In this document: positions 16,563 through 25,600 of the stretch, piece by piece
Numbering within the stretch: position 1 is the first letter of the stretch
Layout of the letters: every line of letters starts with the position of its first letter
IMG/VR virus record: IMGVR_UViG_3300022752_000015
Coordinates: 62,001-126,000 of that record
Direction: 5' to 3' (one strand)
Length of the DNA: 64,000 bases
Notes under the pieces: generated by a model
Database searches by the model: none
Told to the model about the DNA's origin: nothing
Seen by the model: only the letters and a program-made list of their open reading frames with translations
Position numbers and translations under genes: made by a program

Positions 16563-16871
16563 TTAGGCTGCCATCATTGCGACGCCGATCAACGACACCA
16601 AAAATCCTGCTATCTGCAACGGGGTGAGTCTGTCACCTAAGATCATGAAGCCGATGACGAAAGCAGCCGTGTAAAGAACGTCAACAAGAACGGACATGAG
16701 GCTCAGGTTTTCCGACCTCTTCGCGATCCACCCCCATAAGAATCCACTTGCGATAGAAGGGAATATGGGGACCCAAATGGGTAACTCAGATGCCTGTACT
16801 TTTTTCGTGATGAATGCTCCTACAATGCCTATCACGAATAGAACGGCATATGGTAGAAATAAGCTTTTCAT
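16563..16871 (-). CDS. Small multi-pass membrane protein (SMR/EamA-like, DMT superfamily)
   Basis: Four hydrophobic segments; C-terminal ILGDRLTPLQIAGFLVSLIGV resembles DMT signatures. Confidence 0.65.
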   Translation of the reverse strand: MKSLFLPYAVLFVIGIVGAFITKKVQASELPIWVPIFPSIASGFLWGWIAKRSENLSLMSVLVDVLYTAAFVIGFMILGDRLTPLQIAGFLVSLIGVAMMAA

Positions 16872-16872
16872 G

Positions 16873-17103
16873 TCACTTCCAGGCCGGTTGTTTTCTCTTC
16901 TTTCTTTCTTTAACTTTAGGAGACTCCATGTCTTTACTCGTCCATCCTAAAGGAGCGGTAAAACCCGCTATTGCGCCTACGCCGCTAAATTCGTTGATGT
17001 CATCAGAATCTGACTTTGGTTCTTTTTCGTCTTCATCTTCATCAATCTTCAAGCTTGATTCTTTTATGATCTCTAGAACATAACGGCGTAGTAAGTCGTT
17101 CAT
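16873..17103 (-). CDS. Hypothetical protein (LLRRYVLEIIKES N-terminus)
   Basis: 76-aa ORF with an acidic middle and EFSGVGAIAGFTAPLG. Confidence 0.7.
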   Translation of the reverse strand: MNDLLRRYVLEIIKESSLKIDEDEDEKEPKSDSDDINEFSGVGAIAGFTAPLGWTSKDMESPKVKERKKRKQPAWK

Positions 17104-17108
17104 GCTGC

Positions 17109-17115
17109 TAACTAT
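17109..17115 (-). promoter_or_regulatory. ATAGTTA candidate promoter motif
   Basis: 5 nt upstream of ATG 17103. Confidence 0.4.
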
Positions 17116-17708
17116 TCGTCAATCATCTCTTTTTCTTGCTTCGTCGCAAGATAATCAGCCGTTTGTACGACGTGAACGAGGTTCGATTCCTTTAGACAGT
17201 AGGCTTTGTTTTCCTGAAGAACCCATCCATCGTTCAACATGATGGAAAGCCACTCATCTTGAGTGAGGCGCAGACCGAATTGCTGACACAACCAAACGCC
17301 TCGATGAGGAACAGTCATGTACTTGATATTTTTGTTGTGTTTGTAGGTCTCACCCAACTTATCTCTATGCCAATCTGAGTCTTGGGGCAGGTAATAATCT
17401 TGTTCCAGATCTCCCAGCTTTCCTGCATCGTGAAAGAGACACCCGATGATCAGAGAATCCTTTGGCAAATCATATTCAAATGCCTTACACAACTTCATTG
17501 CATTGCTGAGAACACGAAGAGAATGATCCACCAAACCTCCGGGTTCTGCCAAATGAAATTCTTTTCTGCCTGAAGCAGGACATAAAGCCAATCTCTCGCC
17601 GAAATGATCGACTAGAGACAGGGCGGCAGCGGATCGATCTCCTAACCTCTCACACAGAGATCGAAATTTGTCAAAGTTTGAAGCAATTTTCTCAGGACTT
17701 AATGTCAT
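17112..17708 (-). CDS. HD-domain hydrolase (YhaM-like)
   Basis: FHLAEPGGLVDHS...LFHDAGK...ADYLA. Confidence 0.85.
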   Translation of the reverse strand: MTLSPEKIASNFDKFRSLCERLGDRSAAALSLVDHFGERLALCPASGRKEFHLAEPGGLVDHSLRVLSNAMKLCKAFEYDLPKDSLIIGCLFHDAGKLGDLEQDYYLPQDSDWHRDKLGETYKHNKNIKYMTVPHRGVWLCQQFGLRLTQDEWLSIMLNDGWVLQENKAYCLKESNLVHVVQTADYLATKQEKEMIDE

Positions 17709-17759
17709 AAAATCACATTACTCTTTCAAGACGTTGTTGTTCACAATGACAAGGAAGAG

Positions 17760-18986
17760 TCAGATTTTTTCTAACTTCAACGGAAATTCAAAATCATAAC
17801 CTGGAACTTTAACTGACCCGACGGATTCCACATCTTTTATCCTGTCCTCTCTTACGTCTAGTATGAGAGCATCGTGAAGAACAAAAAGAGGTCTGATCCC
17901 GTCGTTGCCCAGCAACGTCAAAATCTTGTTGAATCCTACGAGAGCCACATCGACGCCCGTGCTCTGAGCGTAATAATTGATGAAGATGTTGTCCTGCGGG
18001 CGAGAGACCTCGATCCTTCGACCGTACTTGTTCGTGATGAAACCCTCACGAGAAAATTGCCTCTTTAGGTTAGAAAGCAAGGCTCGAGTGTCTATGATCT
18101 CTCCAACTTTGCTTATGAAGCGTGATAGGTCATCGTTTGACATGCCGAGAGTCAAAGCCAGGGCATTTCTGGAAGATCCATACAGTTCAGCCAGAACAGC
18201 TGCCTTCACTACGTTCCTGGGTATGCCACCCAAACGTGCCGCTATATCCGCGTAGAGATCGGCCGCTTCGCAACCTCTGCCGGATTCATAGAGCAGAATC
18301 CTCGCTTCAAGAGATGAAAAGTCCAATGAAACCACGTATCCTCCGATCGTCGAAGGTTTCAACAACCTCCTGTTTTCTTTCTTCAGCAACAGAATATTTG
18401 GACCTGAGGACACCGTGAGACGACCCGTCACCGTCCCAAACCTATCGTACGTGATAGGATGAGCGTATCCTCCTGCGCGGGCCTTGAACGTGGAAACGAT
18501 TTGAGAATTGTGAACTGATTCGCACAAGGCTTCAACCAATGCACCGTCAACCTTTGCAGGTTTTAATGATGACAGAAGAGAGGAAGCATGCATCCAAATA
18601 TTCTTGTAATATTCGATTGTTGTTTCATCAACCTTCTTTTTTGAAAAAGCCACGAGTGAATCTAGATATGTCCTGTAGATCGTCGGAGGCAGCACCATCG
18701 ACCATGGAGGAATCCCTTCCTTCATCAAAGAACGAATCGACCTGACGTGTGCCTCAGGAGGTTGAGGGACCTCTGACTTGTCATGCAACATCTGCAGAGT
18801 ATTCCAACAGAAAGTCGCGTCCTCACGGCGGCCCAGGGAACATCGCCAGACTTCATCAGGAATCTTTTTGATTCTCGAGTAACCATCATCCGACACGAGA
18901 AGGTGTTGGTTCGTTCCCAACAAGGACGATTCTAGAGCAACATCCATGCAACATATATGGTAACACGTCGATGAGCGGATTTTCAA
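17760..18986 (-). CDS. Short family A DNA polymerase (polymerase domain only)
   Basis: TVTGRL, motif A DFSSLEAR, motif B RNVVKAAVLAELYG, NYYAQ, motif C LHDAL; no clear exonuclease domain. Confidence 0.8.
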   Translation of the reverse strand: MKIRSSTCYHICCMDVALESSLLGTNQHLLVSDDGYSRIKKIPDEVWRCSLGRREDATFCWNTLQMLHDKSEVPQPPEAHVRSIRSLMKEGIPPWSMVLPPTIYRTYLDSLVAFSKKKVDETTIEYYKNIWMHASSLLSSLKPAKVDGALVEALCESVHNSQIVSTFKARAGGYAHPITYDRFGTVTGRLTVSSGPNILLLKKENRRLLKPSTIGGYVVSLDFSSLEARILLYESGRGCEAADLYADIAARLGGIPRNVVKAAVLAELYGSSRNALALTLGMSNDDLSRFISKVGEIIDTRALLSNLKRQFSREGFITNKYGRRIEVSRPQDNIFINYYAQSTGVDVALVGFNKILTLLGNDGIRPLFVLHDALILDVREDRIKDVESVGSVKVPGYDFEFPLKLEKI

Positions 18987-18991
18987 CTACC

Positions 18992-21900
18992 TTACTTTTT
19001 CTGCGCGTTGCGGGCGGCCTGGGCATTGATCCCAGCAGTAACAGTGCTTAATTGCGTGGTCAACCCGTCGACCACCGATTGAGCTCCTTCGAACGTTCCA
19101 TATGCGTCAGCAAAGGCTAGCTTCAGCTCTGTCGTGAACTTTCCAGGAGACATGTTGTGATTCAGGCTGATGACGTTGTAGAGGTTGTCAACAGTCGTAC
19201 CAGTGTTTAGATCTATAAAGAATTGTTGCATGTATTCGAGTATTGGGCAACCCATCGTCGTCAACGACATGGTGCCCTGCACGACTCTCATCGGCAGATC
19301 TCCAGCCCCCGAACCGTTGGGTTCCGAAGGGTTCGCCGCGTCGGAAGTGTTCCTGAGCATCATGATGGTGGACAGCAACGCGTCTTGGTTCGTGGAATAG
19401 TTCACGTTAGAGATCATTGTGCCGTTTGATCCCACATTCAGGGTGGGAACCAGGCGCGAGATCTCTCTCTTTATGACCTCAAAGCTAGGAGCCGATTTGC
19501 CATCTTCACCACGAGGTTTTATAAATCTCGCCTTATACTTCACGTTGGCGCCCGGGAATCGCTTGTTGATGATTGATTCAGCCTCAGTGAGCGTCTGCTG
19601 GGCGGTCAATCCTGTTTTCTTTTCAATTTCCGCTTTCGCGGCGTCGAGCTGACCAGCATTCGCCTTCATTTGAGCCGAGTTTTCATCCGATACTACTCTG
19701 GTGCCCGTCTGCTGACCAATATCATTCTCGACAGCGACGTATCCTAGACCGCTCGCAGCTTTCATGTAAGTCTCGGCGGTTTGATGAGGGGTCGCCGCGC
19801 GGTCATAAATGTGGATTCTCATGATGCGCGTCTGACCTCGGGCCTTGAACCTCCCGTCAGATTCGTTGGCCGCAATCGTGTACTTTTCTAACAGATCAGT
19901 CGTGCTGTGTTGGGATCCCTTTGACAAGGTTTCAATGTAAAAATCCACCATTGGTAACAAGAATGGACCATCTGCACCCCAGTTGTCGATTGCCAATTTA
20001 GAGATGGTCGTGTTGGCTTTTTCATCCTTTGCGACTAAAGTTCCATTCGTCTTGTCGACCTTGTATTGATCGCTGAACCCATACGCGCGATTCTTCATGT
20101 CACCAAACTGAGATTCTCTAACGATCTCCATGAAAGAAGAAAACGACATTCGATCGCCCTTTTGTTGCTTGACCCTTTTTGCATAAGCAGATTTCAAAGT
20201 CGGCACGTCGATCGGGAACTCAGCTATGTTCAAACCACGAGCCTTGCCTGCCCGATGATTTAATTTATAGAAAATGACCTGAAACTCATCCACCACGTTG
20301 CCGGCCATGGCGCGGGCCAGGGCGGCGAAGTATACAGCAAAAACCTTCCCAAACGAGTTTGTACCGTAATCACCATACACCAAAGCCTCAGCGGTCTCAG
20401 AATAATCTCTTTGTCCTGGGCTGTTATTCATTATATCAAGCAGAGGATGTTTCGTGAGAGCTGGTTTATCTTCCGCAAACTTTTTTGCGTCTTTCACCAC
20501 GGCAAAGAAGTCTTTCGCTTTCGCAAGCTCAGAGAATCTCTCTGCAGAGGTTGCATTCGCCTGTTTGGCAAGCTCTGTCTCCGCGTTATTTGCAGGAGAA
20601 TAAAGCTTTTTTAGCAGTCCCAGAAATTCTTCTTTAGTTGCCGCGTCACCACTCTTGCTACTATTAAGAGCGTTTGTCAATCCGGCTATTTCAGCATTCA
20701 GAGTCTTCGTGTCCGCAGTCGACAAGTTTCCAGAATTAACAGACGACATCAACACTGAACCACGGATGTCAGGAGCTGCGGCGTAGATGGCAGGCAAACC
20801 TAGGCGAGCTGCTAGCTCTTGTATTCTACTTATGTCGGCGGCGAGCTTCTGCTGGAACACGTCAAAGCTGTTGGAGATAGCGTCTGGACTTGAGATTATC
20901 ACCTCATTGCCTCCTTGAGATGATAGAGAAAGAGTCACCGTCGCCACGCCGTTGCTATCTATCTGTATGCTAGAGTTGATGACTCCGTACGCTTCTCTCT
21001 TTAGCATTGTTTCATTGATGAAACGAAAGTAAGGATTGTCCTGCGACGGATCATCCGGAGGAAGCGCAGGTGCACGCCACCCATACGTCACCCAAATCGT
21101 CGTGGACTTGTACAGCTTAGGGCTGATGAAATCGGCTATCTCGACCAACCTAGATCTGTCAAATATCTTCAACGTCATCTTCGCCGTCTTGAAAGAGAAC
21201 GTTCCGACCGAAGATTGGACGTTGACAGAAAAATCCGTGATGGTTCCAAAAGGTAACATGGGATTGATGACAGGGTGATACCTAGGACTTGCTGTCTGAT
21301 CATAATCCATATTGATCAGTGTCTGAGGCATGGTGAACATCTCCATACCCGTCACTGTCGTGAAAGCTCCTGAGGGTTTTGGATCAGGAGTCGTGTTGCT
21401 TGTCTCCTTGAGTAATTGTGGTTCTTTTGGCGGAGTAATTTTTTTCTTTTCATCAGGAGATTTAAGATTGTACAATCTTAATTGAAATTCGTATTGCTGT
21501 CTCAGCTGTGCGTTTTGTCGCTTGACCCAGTTCACCTTCTCTACACCGGCTGAGTTAAAGAAGTTGTTCCTTGTCATCGCGTCGTAGATCATCGCGTTCG
21601 CGGTGAGAGGTTTGTTCTTATCAGGTATCGTCGACGTGTCAGCGCCCAACAAGAACTTAAGGGGGCTCATCGTCATCAAGGGACGATTCGTGGCCGTCGT
21701 GTTTTTATCGTTGTTCCGGTGCAACGTGAACTCAGCCGAAAGGTAAGGCACAAGCTGTGATGCGATGATGCCAGGCACGTAATTTAGAAACGTCTCGGCC
21801 TTGTCTGCGTTGCGAAGTTTCAAGTCAATATTGGGAGCGTCGACGAGGAGGTATGTCAACTCTGGATAAGGTATCTCAGTTGAATCACCGGCGAGCTTGG

Positions 21901-22297
21901 GGATCATCAAATCGAAGTTACCTTCTTTATAGGTACCGTCGTTGTCTAGGTAGGTGTATGCAGACGGTCTTCCATTCCTCGCATACCACTGTGCGATACT
22001 TTCCGCGCCACTATTGCCGTTCTTGTCTCCAACGTTCGTCGTGTACACTCTAAAGAGCTTTGCGAGCGTTCTGCTTTTTTCTTCATCTTTTCCCGCAAGC
22101 TCTTTGAGCTTGGCAAATATCTCAGCGCCGTTGAGAACTTTATCATTATTTTGAAGCAGAATGTTGCGTAAAGCTGTAAACATGTCTTCCGTGGCGCCTT
22201 TGACCCCGGACAAGGACGCTTGCTTTTGTGAGCCGAGAACGTCGACTGTCTCGAAACTGCGATAAAGATCTGCGATGTTATCGAATTTAAAAGCCAT
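18992..22297 (-). CDS. Large baseplate hub-like virion protein
   Basis: Follows tape measure, tube-initiator-like and LysM-like genes. The C-terminal TMGCP..QQFFID..TGTT.DN.Y...H...PGKFTT pattern resembles gp27/late-control-D hubs. Confidence 0.5.
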   Translation of the reverse strand: MAFKFDNIADLYRSFETVDVLGSQKQASLSGVKGATEDMFTALRNILLQNNDKVLNGAEIFAKLKELAGKDEEKSRTLAKLFRVYTTNVGDKNGNSGAESIAQWYARNGRPSAYTYLDNDGTYKEGNFDLMIPKLAGDSTEIPYPELTYLLVDAPNIDLKLRNADKAETFLNYVPGIIASQLVPYLSAEFTLHRNNDKNTTATNRPLMTMSPLKFLLGADTSTIPDKNKPLTANAMIYDAMTRNNFFNSAGVEKVNWVKRQNAQLRQQYEFQLRLYNLKSPDEKKKITPPKEPQLLKETSNTTPDPKPSGAFTTVTGMEMFTMPQTLINMDYDQTASPRYHPVINPMLPFGTITDFSVNVQSSVGTFSFKTAKMTLKIFDRSRLVEIADFISPKLYKSTTIWVTYGWRAPALPPDDPSQDNPYFRFINETMLKREAYGVINSSIQIDSNGVATVTLSLSSQGGNEVIISSPDAISNSFDVFQQKLAADISRIQELAARLGLPAIYAAAPDIRGSVLMSSVNSGNLSTADTKTLNAEIAGLTNALNSSKSGDAATKEEFLGLLKKLYSPANNAETELAKQANATSAERFSELAKAKDFFAVVKDAKKFAEDKPALTKHPLLDIMNNSPGQRDYSETAEALVYGDYGTNSFGKVFAVYFAALARAMAGNVVDEFQVIFYKLNHRAGKARGLNIAEFPIDVPTLKSAYAKRVKQQKGDRMSFSSFMEIVRESQFGDMKNRAYGFSDQYKVDKTNGTLVAKDEKANTTISKLAIDNWGADGPFLLPMVDFYIETLSKGSQHSTTDLLEKYTIAANESDGRFKARGQTRIMRIHIYDRAATPHQTAETYMKAASGLGYVAVENDIGQQTGTRVVSDENSAQMKANAGQLDAAKAEIEKKTGLTAQQTLTEAESIINKRFPGANVKYKARFIKPRGEDGKSAPSFEVIKREISRLVPTLNVGSNGTMISNVNYSTNQDALLSTIMMLRNTSDAANPSEPNGSGAGDLPMRVVQGTMSLTTMGCPILEYMQQFFIDLNTGTTVDNLYNVISLNHNMSPGKFTTELKLAFADAYGTFEGAQSVVDGLTTQLSTVTAGINAQAARNAQKK

Positions 22298-22300
22298 CTA

Positions 22301-22600
22301 TCACCCTATGAGAACTGACACTGCGTTTAGATCTGGCACTACGATCACCGTTCCTGGCGGTAGCTGCAATCCCCACCCTATTTCGCTGGCAGCTGCAAGA
22401 ACCCACCAGTATCTCGAATCCTTGTAATAAGTTGCAGCCAGGTGATCCAACCTTTGATTTCCTTGTAACGTCACCGTGTCGATGATCGGAAGCGCACCTT
22501 CGGCGAGAGCGGCTCGAATGGTGGCCACGGCGCGTGACGTTCCGAACTGTTCGTTGAAACCTAACCTAGGAGACCCTCTATACCTACTGAATATCGCCAT
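22301..22600 (-). CDS. LysM/gpX-like baseplate protein
   Basis: RLDHLAATYYKDSRYWWVLAAAS...LPPGTVIVVP. Confidence 0.7.
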   Translation of the reverse strand: MAIFSRYRGSPRLGFNEQFGTSRAVATIRAALAEGALPIIDTVTLQGNQRLDHLAATYYKDSRYWWVLAAASEIGWGLQLPPGTVIVVPDLNAVSVLIG

Positions 22601-22606
22601 AGCTTT

Positions 22607-25600
22607 TTACTCCGTCTTCTCTTTTGAATTGACCATCGCTGCACCAACTGGGTAGACAGGAGCACGATTGTACCCCATGTGATCAATACCAGGAGTGATG
22701 TCGTGAATCGGGCTAAAGCTGATCGTGACCTTACACATCTTGGGAGCAGTTCTTCCAAGATCGACCGACCAGGTCGTTTGATTCAACCAGTCGAATTGCA
22801 TTGATTCGATAAATCCAGCAAGACCTTTGCCACCGGCGGACTCGAAAGACTTGGTGATGGCGTTGTTGTCAGGATTCATGAAGTTGGCGACAGCATCAAA
22901 TCCTTTTTGCAGCGAAGTCACGCTAGATCCAAAAACTTCTTGCGCTGTCTCTTTTAACTTTGCATCTGTCTTTTTCAAATGTTTAGCTGAAATTGTTTTT
23001 TCTGAGCCCTCTATTATTGAATCACGAGCATAAGCTTGAACATTGTAAAAATCAGTGAATAAAAGTCTAGATTCAACTTTGTATGTTATAGGAGGTGTAG
23101 TAAATAATCTATTTATTTCATTGCCACTTTCATCTTGCTTTATTTCCACGTTAGGAATAATCAAACTCTTGGCAACTTCGTAAATTTCATTTTCAATATT
23201 TTCATCTAAGATTTCTACTTCTTCACCGCCCGTAAATATTTTGGCTTTTTCTTGATATTCTTTTTCTTTTTCTTGAGTAAAAACTTGATTTTCTAAATTA
23301 ATCTTTGTAGGATTTCCGTCTGCATCTGGGAATTCCGCATTCCCATCGGCCATTCCGAACAACCTAGCTAGAGAAAACCTAGAATAGTTGGATCTAAAAA
23401 GATCTCCTAGCCTTATTCTTACTAAGGGTGATGCTCCGATAAGCTGGCTGAACGGTGCCACGAATCTGTAATTTTCTCCTAAGAGATCTCTACCTCTCGT
23501 GTACTGAGGATAAATCATCGTCAAAAGTTTATTGATCTTCACCCACATTCTATCAAAGTCGTTATCGCTTGTGGACGCCACAACGAACGACATCCCTATC
23601 CTACGTGTGGTTCCTTTGTAGATCTTCACGGGTTCAATTCTTCCAAAGCCGTCGACGGAATCATACTGAGCATTGTAATCATCTGTCAAAGAATTTAAAA
23701 ATGCGTGGAAAGACACGATTTCATTCGTTCTGACATCATGGAATGAAAAAGGCACATACTCAGCGTCTAGGGCATCTTCCAGCTTTTTTCTGATATCATT
23801 AGGGATTCTCGCACCATTTCCGCTAGCATGATATTCGCGAGATACGGTTGATGTAGGATCTGCAGAGTTATAATATACAGGTAGAGCTCGACCTCCCTTA
23901 AAAGATTCAAGCTTATTACCGTTAATAGTATCGGCTCTCTGTAATGAATAAACGTTGCTAGACACCAAGTATAGCGACGGAGCACGTTGAGCGCTCCAAG
24001 CCAACGTGGGATTATACGCATAAGCTCCAGCCGAAGATAGTCTATTTTTTAGAACAGTCGAGTTTAAAAGTTTATTCGGTTCTGCTGCGTCGATTACTGC
24101 TATCGTCAATGGATTGCCATCAGGACCTGTCAACCCTTCTATCGCCGATTGTTTTGATCTCTCAATTAGCGTATCACCTAACGATGTGAACACGTTAAAA
24201 GATGCGATGAATTTTGAAGATCTGATGATCCTAAGAATCCCGACGGCTGACTTTATTCCCGCAACAATGTTGGGCGATCTGATGACTCTGTCAAGAGCCT
24301 GCGCAAGGACCAATCCAAACCTAATGATCGTCCTGCAGACTCCTAGGTTGTAACCGACGGCCTGTCCTTCACCTATGAGAGAATCCAATCCGATGCCCAA
24401 AGCCCCGAACGCAAGTTCCCCGAGGCCCACATCAGCGTTACCAGACCCTAGAAAGAAAGCATTAAAACCCGCGCGGAGACAATCAATGAATCTATTGATG
24501 GTGCGTTTGAATCCAAAAATCTCGTAGACATCAAAGGGAAACAAGCTGAACAGACCACTGGGTTCAGTATACATGTAGGATCCTAGGACCCTTTGACCCG
24601 TCGGAGATTGTTTCTTCGTCACGCTGCCTGTGAAATTTGTAGGTAGAGCGAACAATTCTAAAAGGAGTCGTATGGCGATCATCATCAAGATCATCGTGAT
24701 CATGAGGCCGATGTTCGTGGGATCGTCAAAGGGTTCGGACACGTTGTTCATGACGCCCCACGATTGATCACCGAATGGAGCTATCTCAGTCAAAGAACGA
24801 GTCGGAAAAGATCCTTCCAGGGAATTCAACATGTCTTTCGCTTCCAAGATGACGTTGTCAACCTTGAGGATGCCGGTTTGAACGACCGATGGCAACTGGG
24901 CTGCTATCTCTGCGATGTTACCGTTAGGATCGAATTTCCCTTGTAAGTATCCTGGTATCTCTGCCGAGGCTCTTTGCGACAAGCCTGCACCGATCTGTGC
25001 CATCTCCATCGTCGTGATAGATTTTCCGTCTGAGAGCTTCAATGTGGGATTGAATCCTGGGATCTTTGCATCTAAGCCAACATGAGGAGCGAAACGATTG
25101 TTACCTAACGATAATGTTGAACCTCTATCACCCTTGTAAGTCTTGATTGGATGATCAGCTGGCGTTTTATCAGGAGAAGGGTTTCCTTTAGAGGTTGCTA
25201 AGTCGACCGTTCCTTTTCCGACGATGGGAACTATTTGTTTCGCGTACTTGTCACTATCTTTACCCGTGCTGAGATTGCCGTCAATTTTTCTTAATAGGTT
25301 GTGACCATCGTACTTGCTGTCGGCGGGGCCTTTTCCTTTTTTAAAGTTGGTTACGCTAGCATCTGAAGAAGGAGGGTTTATGTTCACCCTGTCATTCACA
25401 AACCTGTCGTCGTTTTGTGAATTAGCAAGAGGAGTAGGGATTCCTTGAGTGGTGGTTGAATCTAGAGCATATGTGTTCTTATCGATCGGAAAGCTATTTC
25501 TTTGCGTCGCTGCAACAGGCAACCCGCGTAACTCATTCAATGTCAATTGGTCATGAGGTGCACCTGTATGAGAACCAGGGGTCGAAACGTCAGCCAAGTA

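Noticed and set aside
17175-17195. GGTTCGATTCC T-loop-like motif
   Set aside because: Inside the HD gene on the opposite strand; no cloverleaf.
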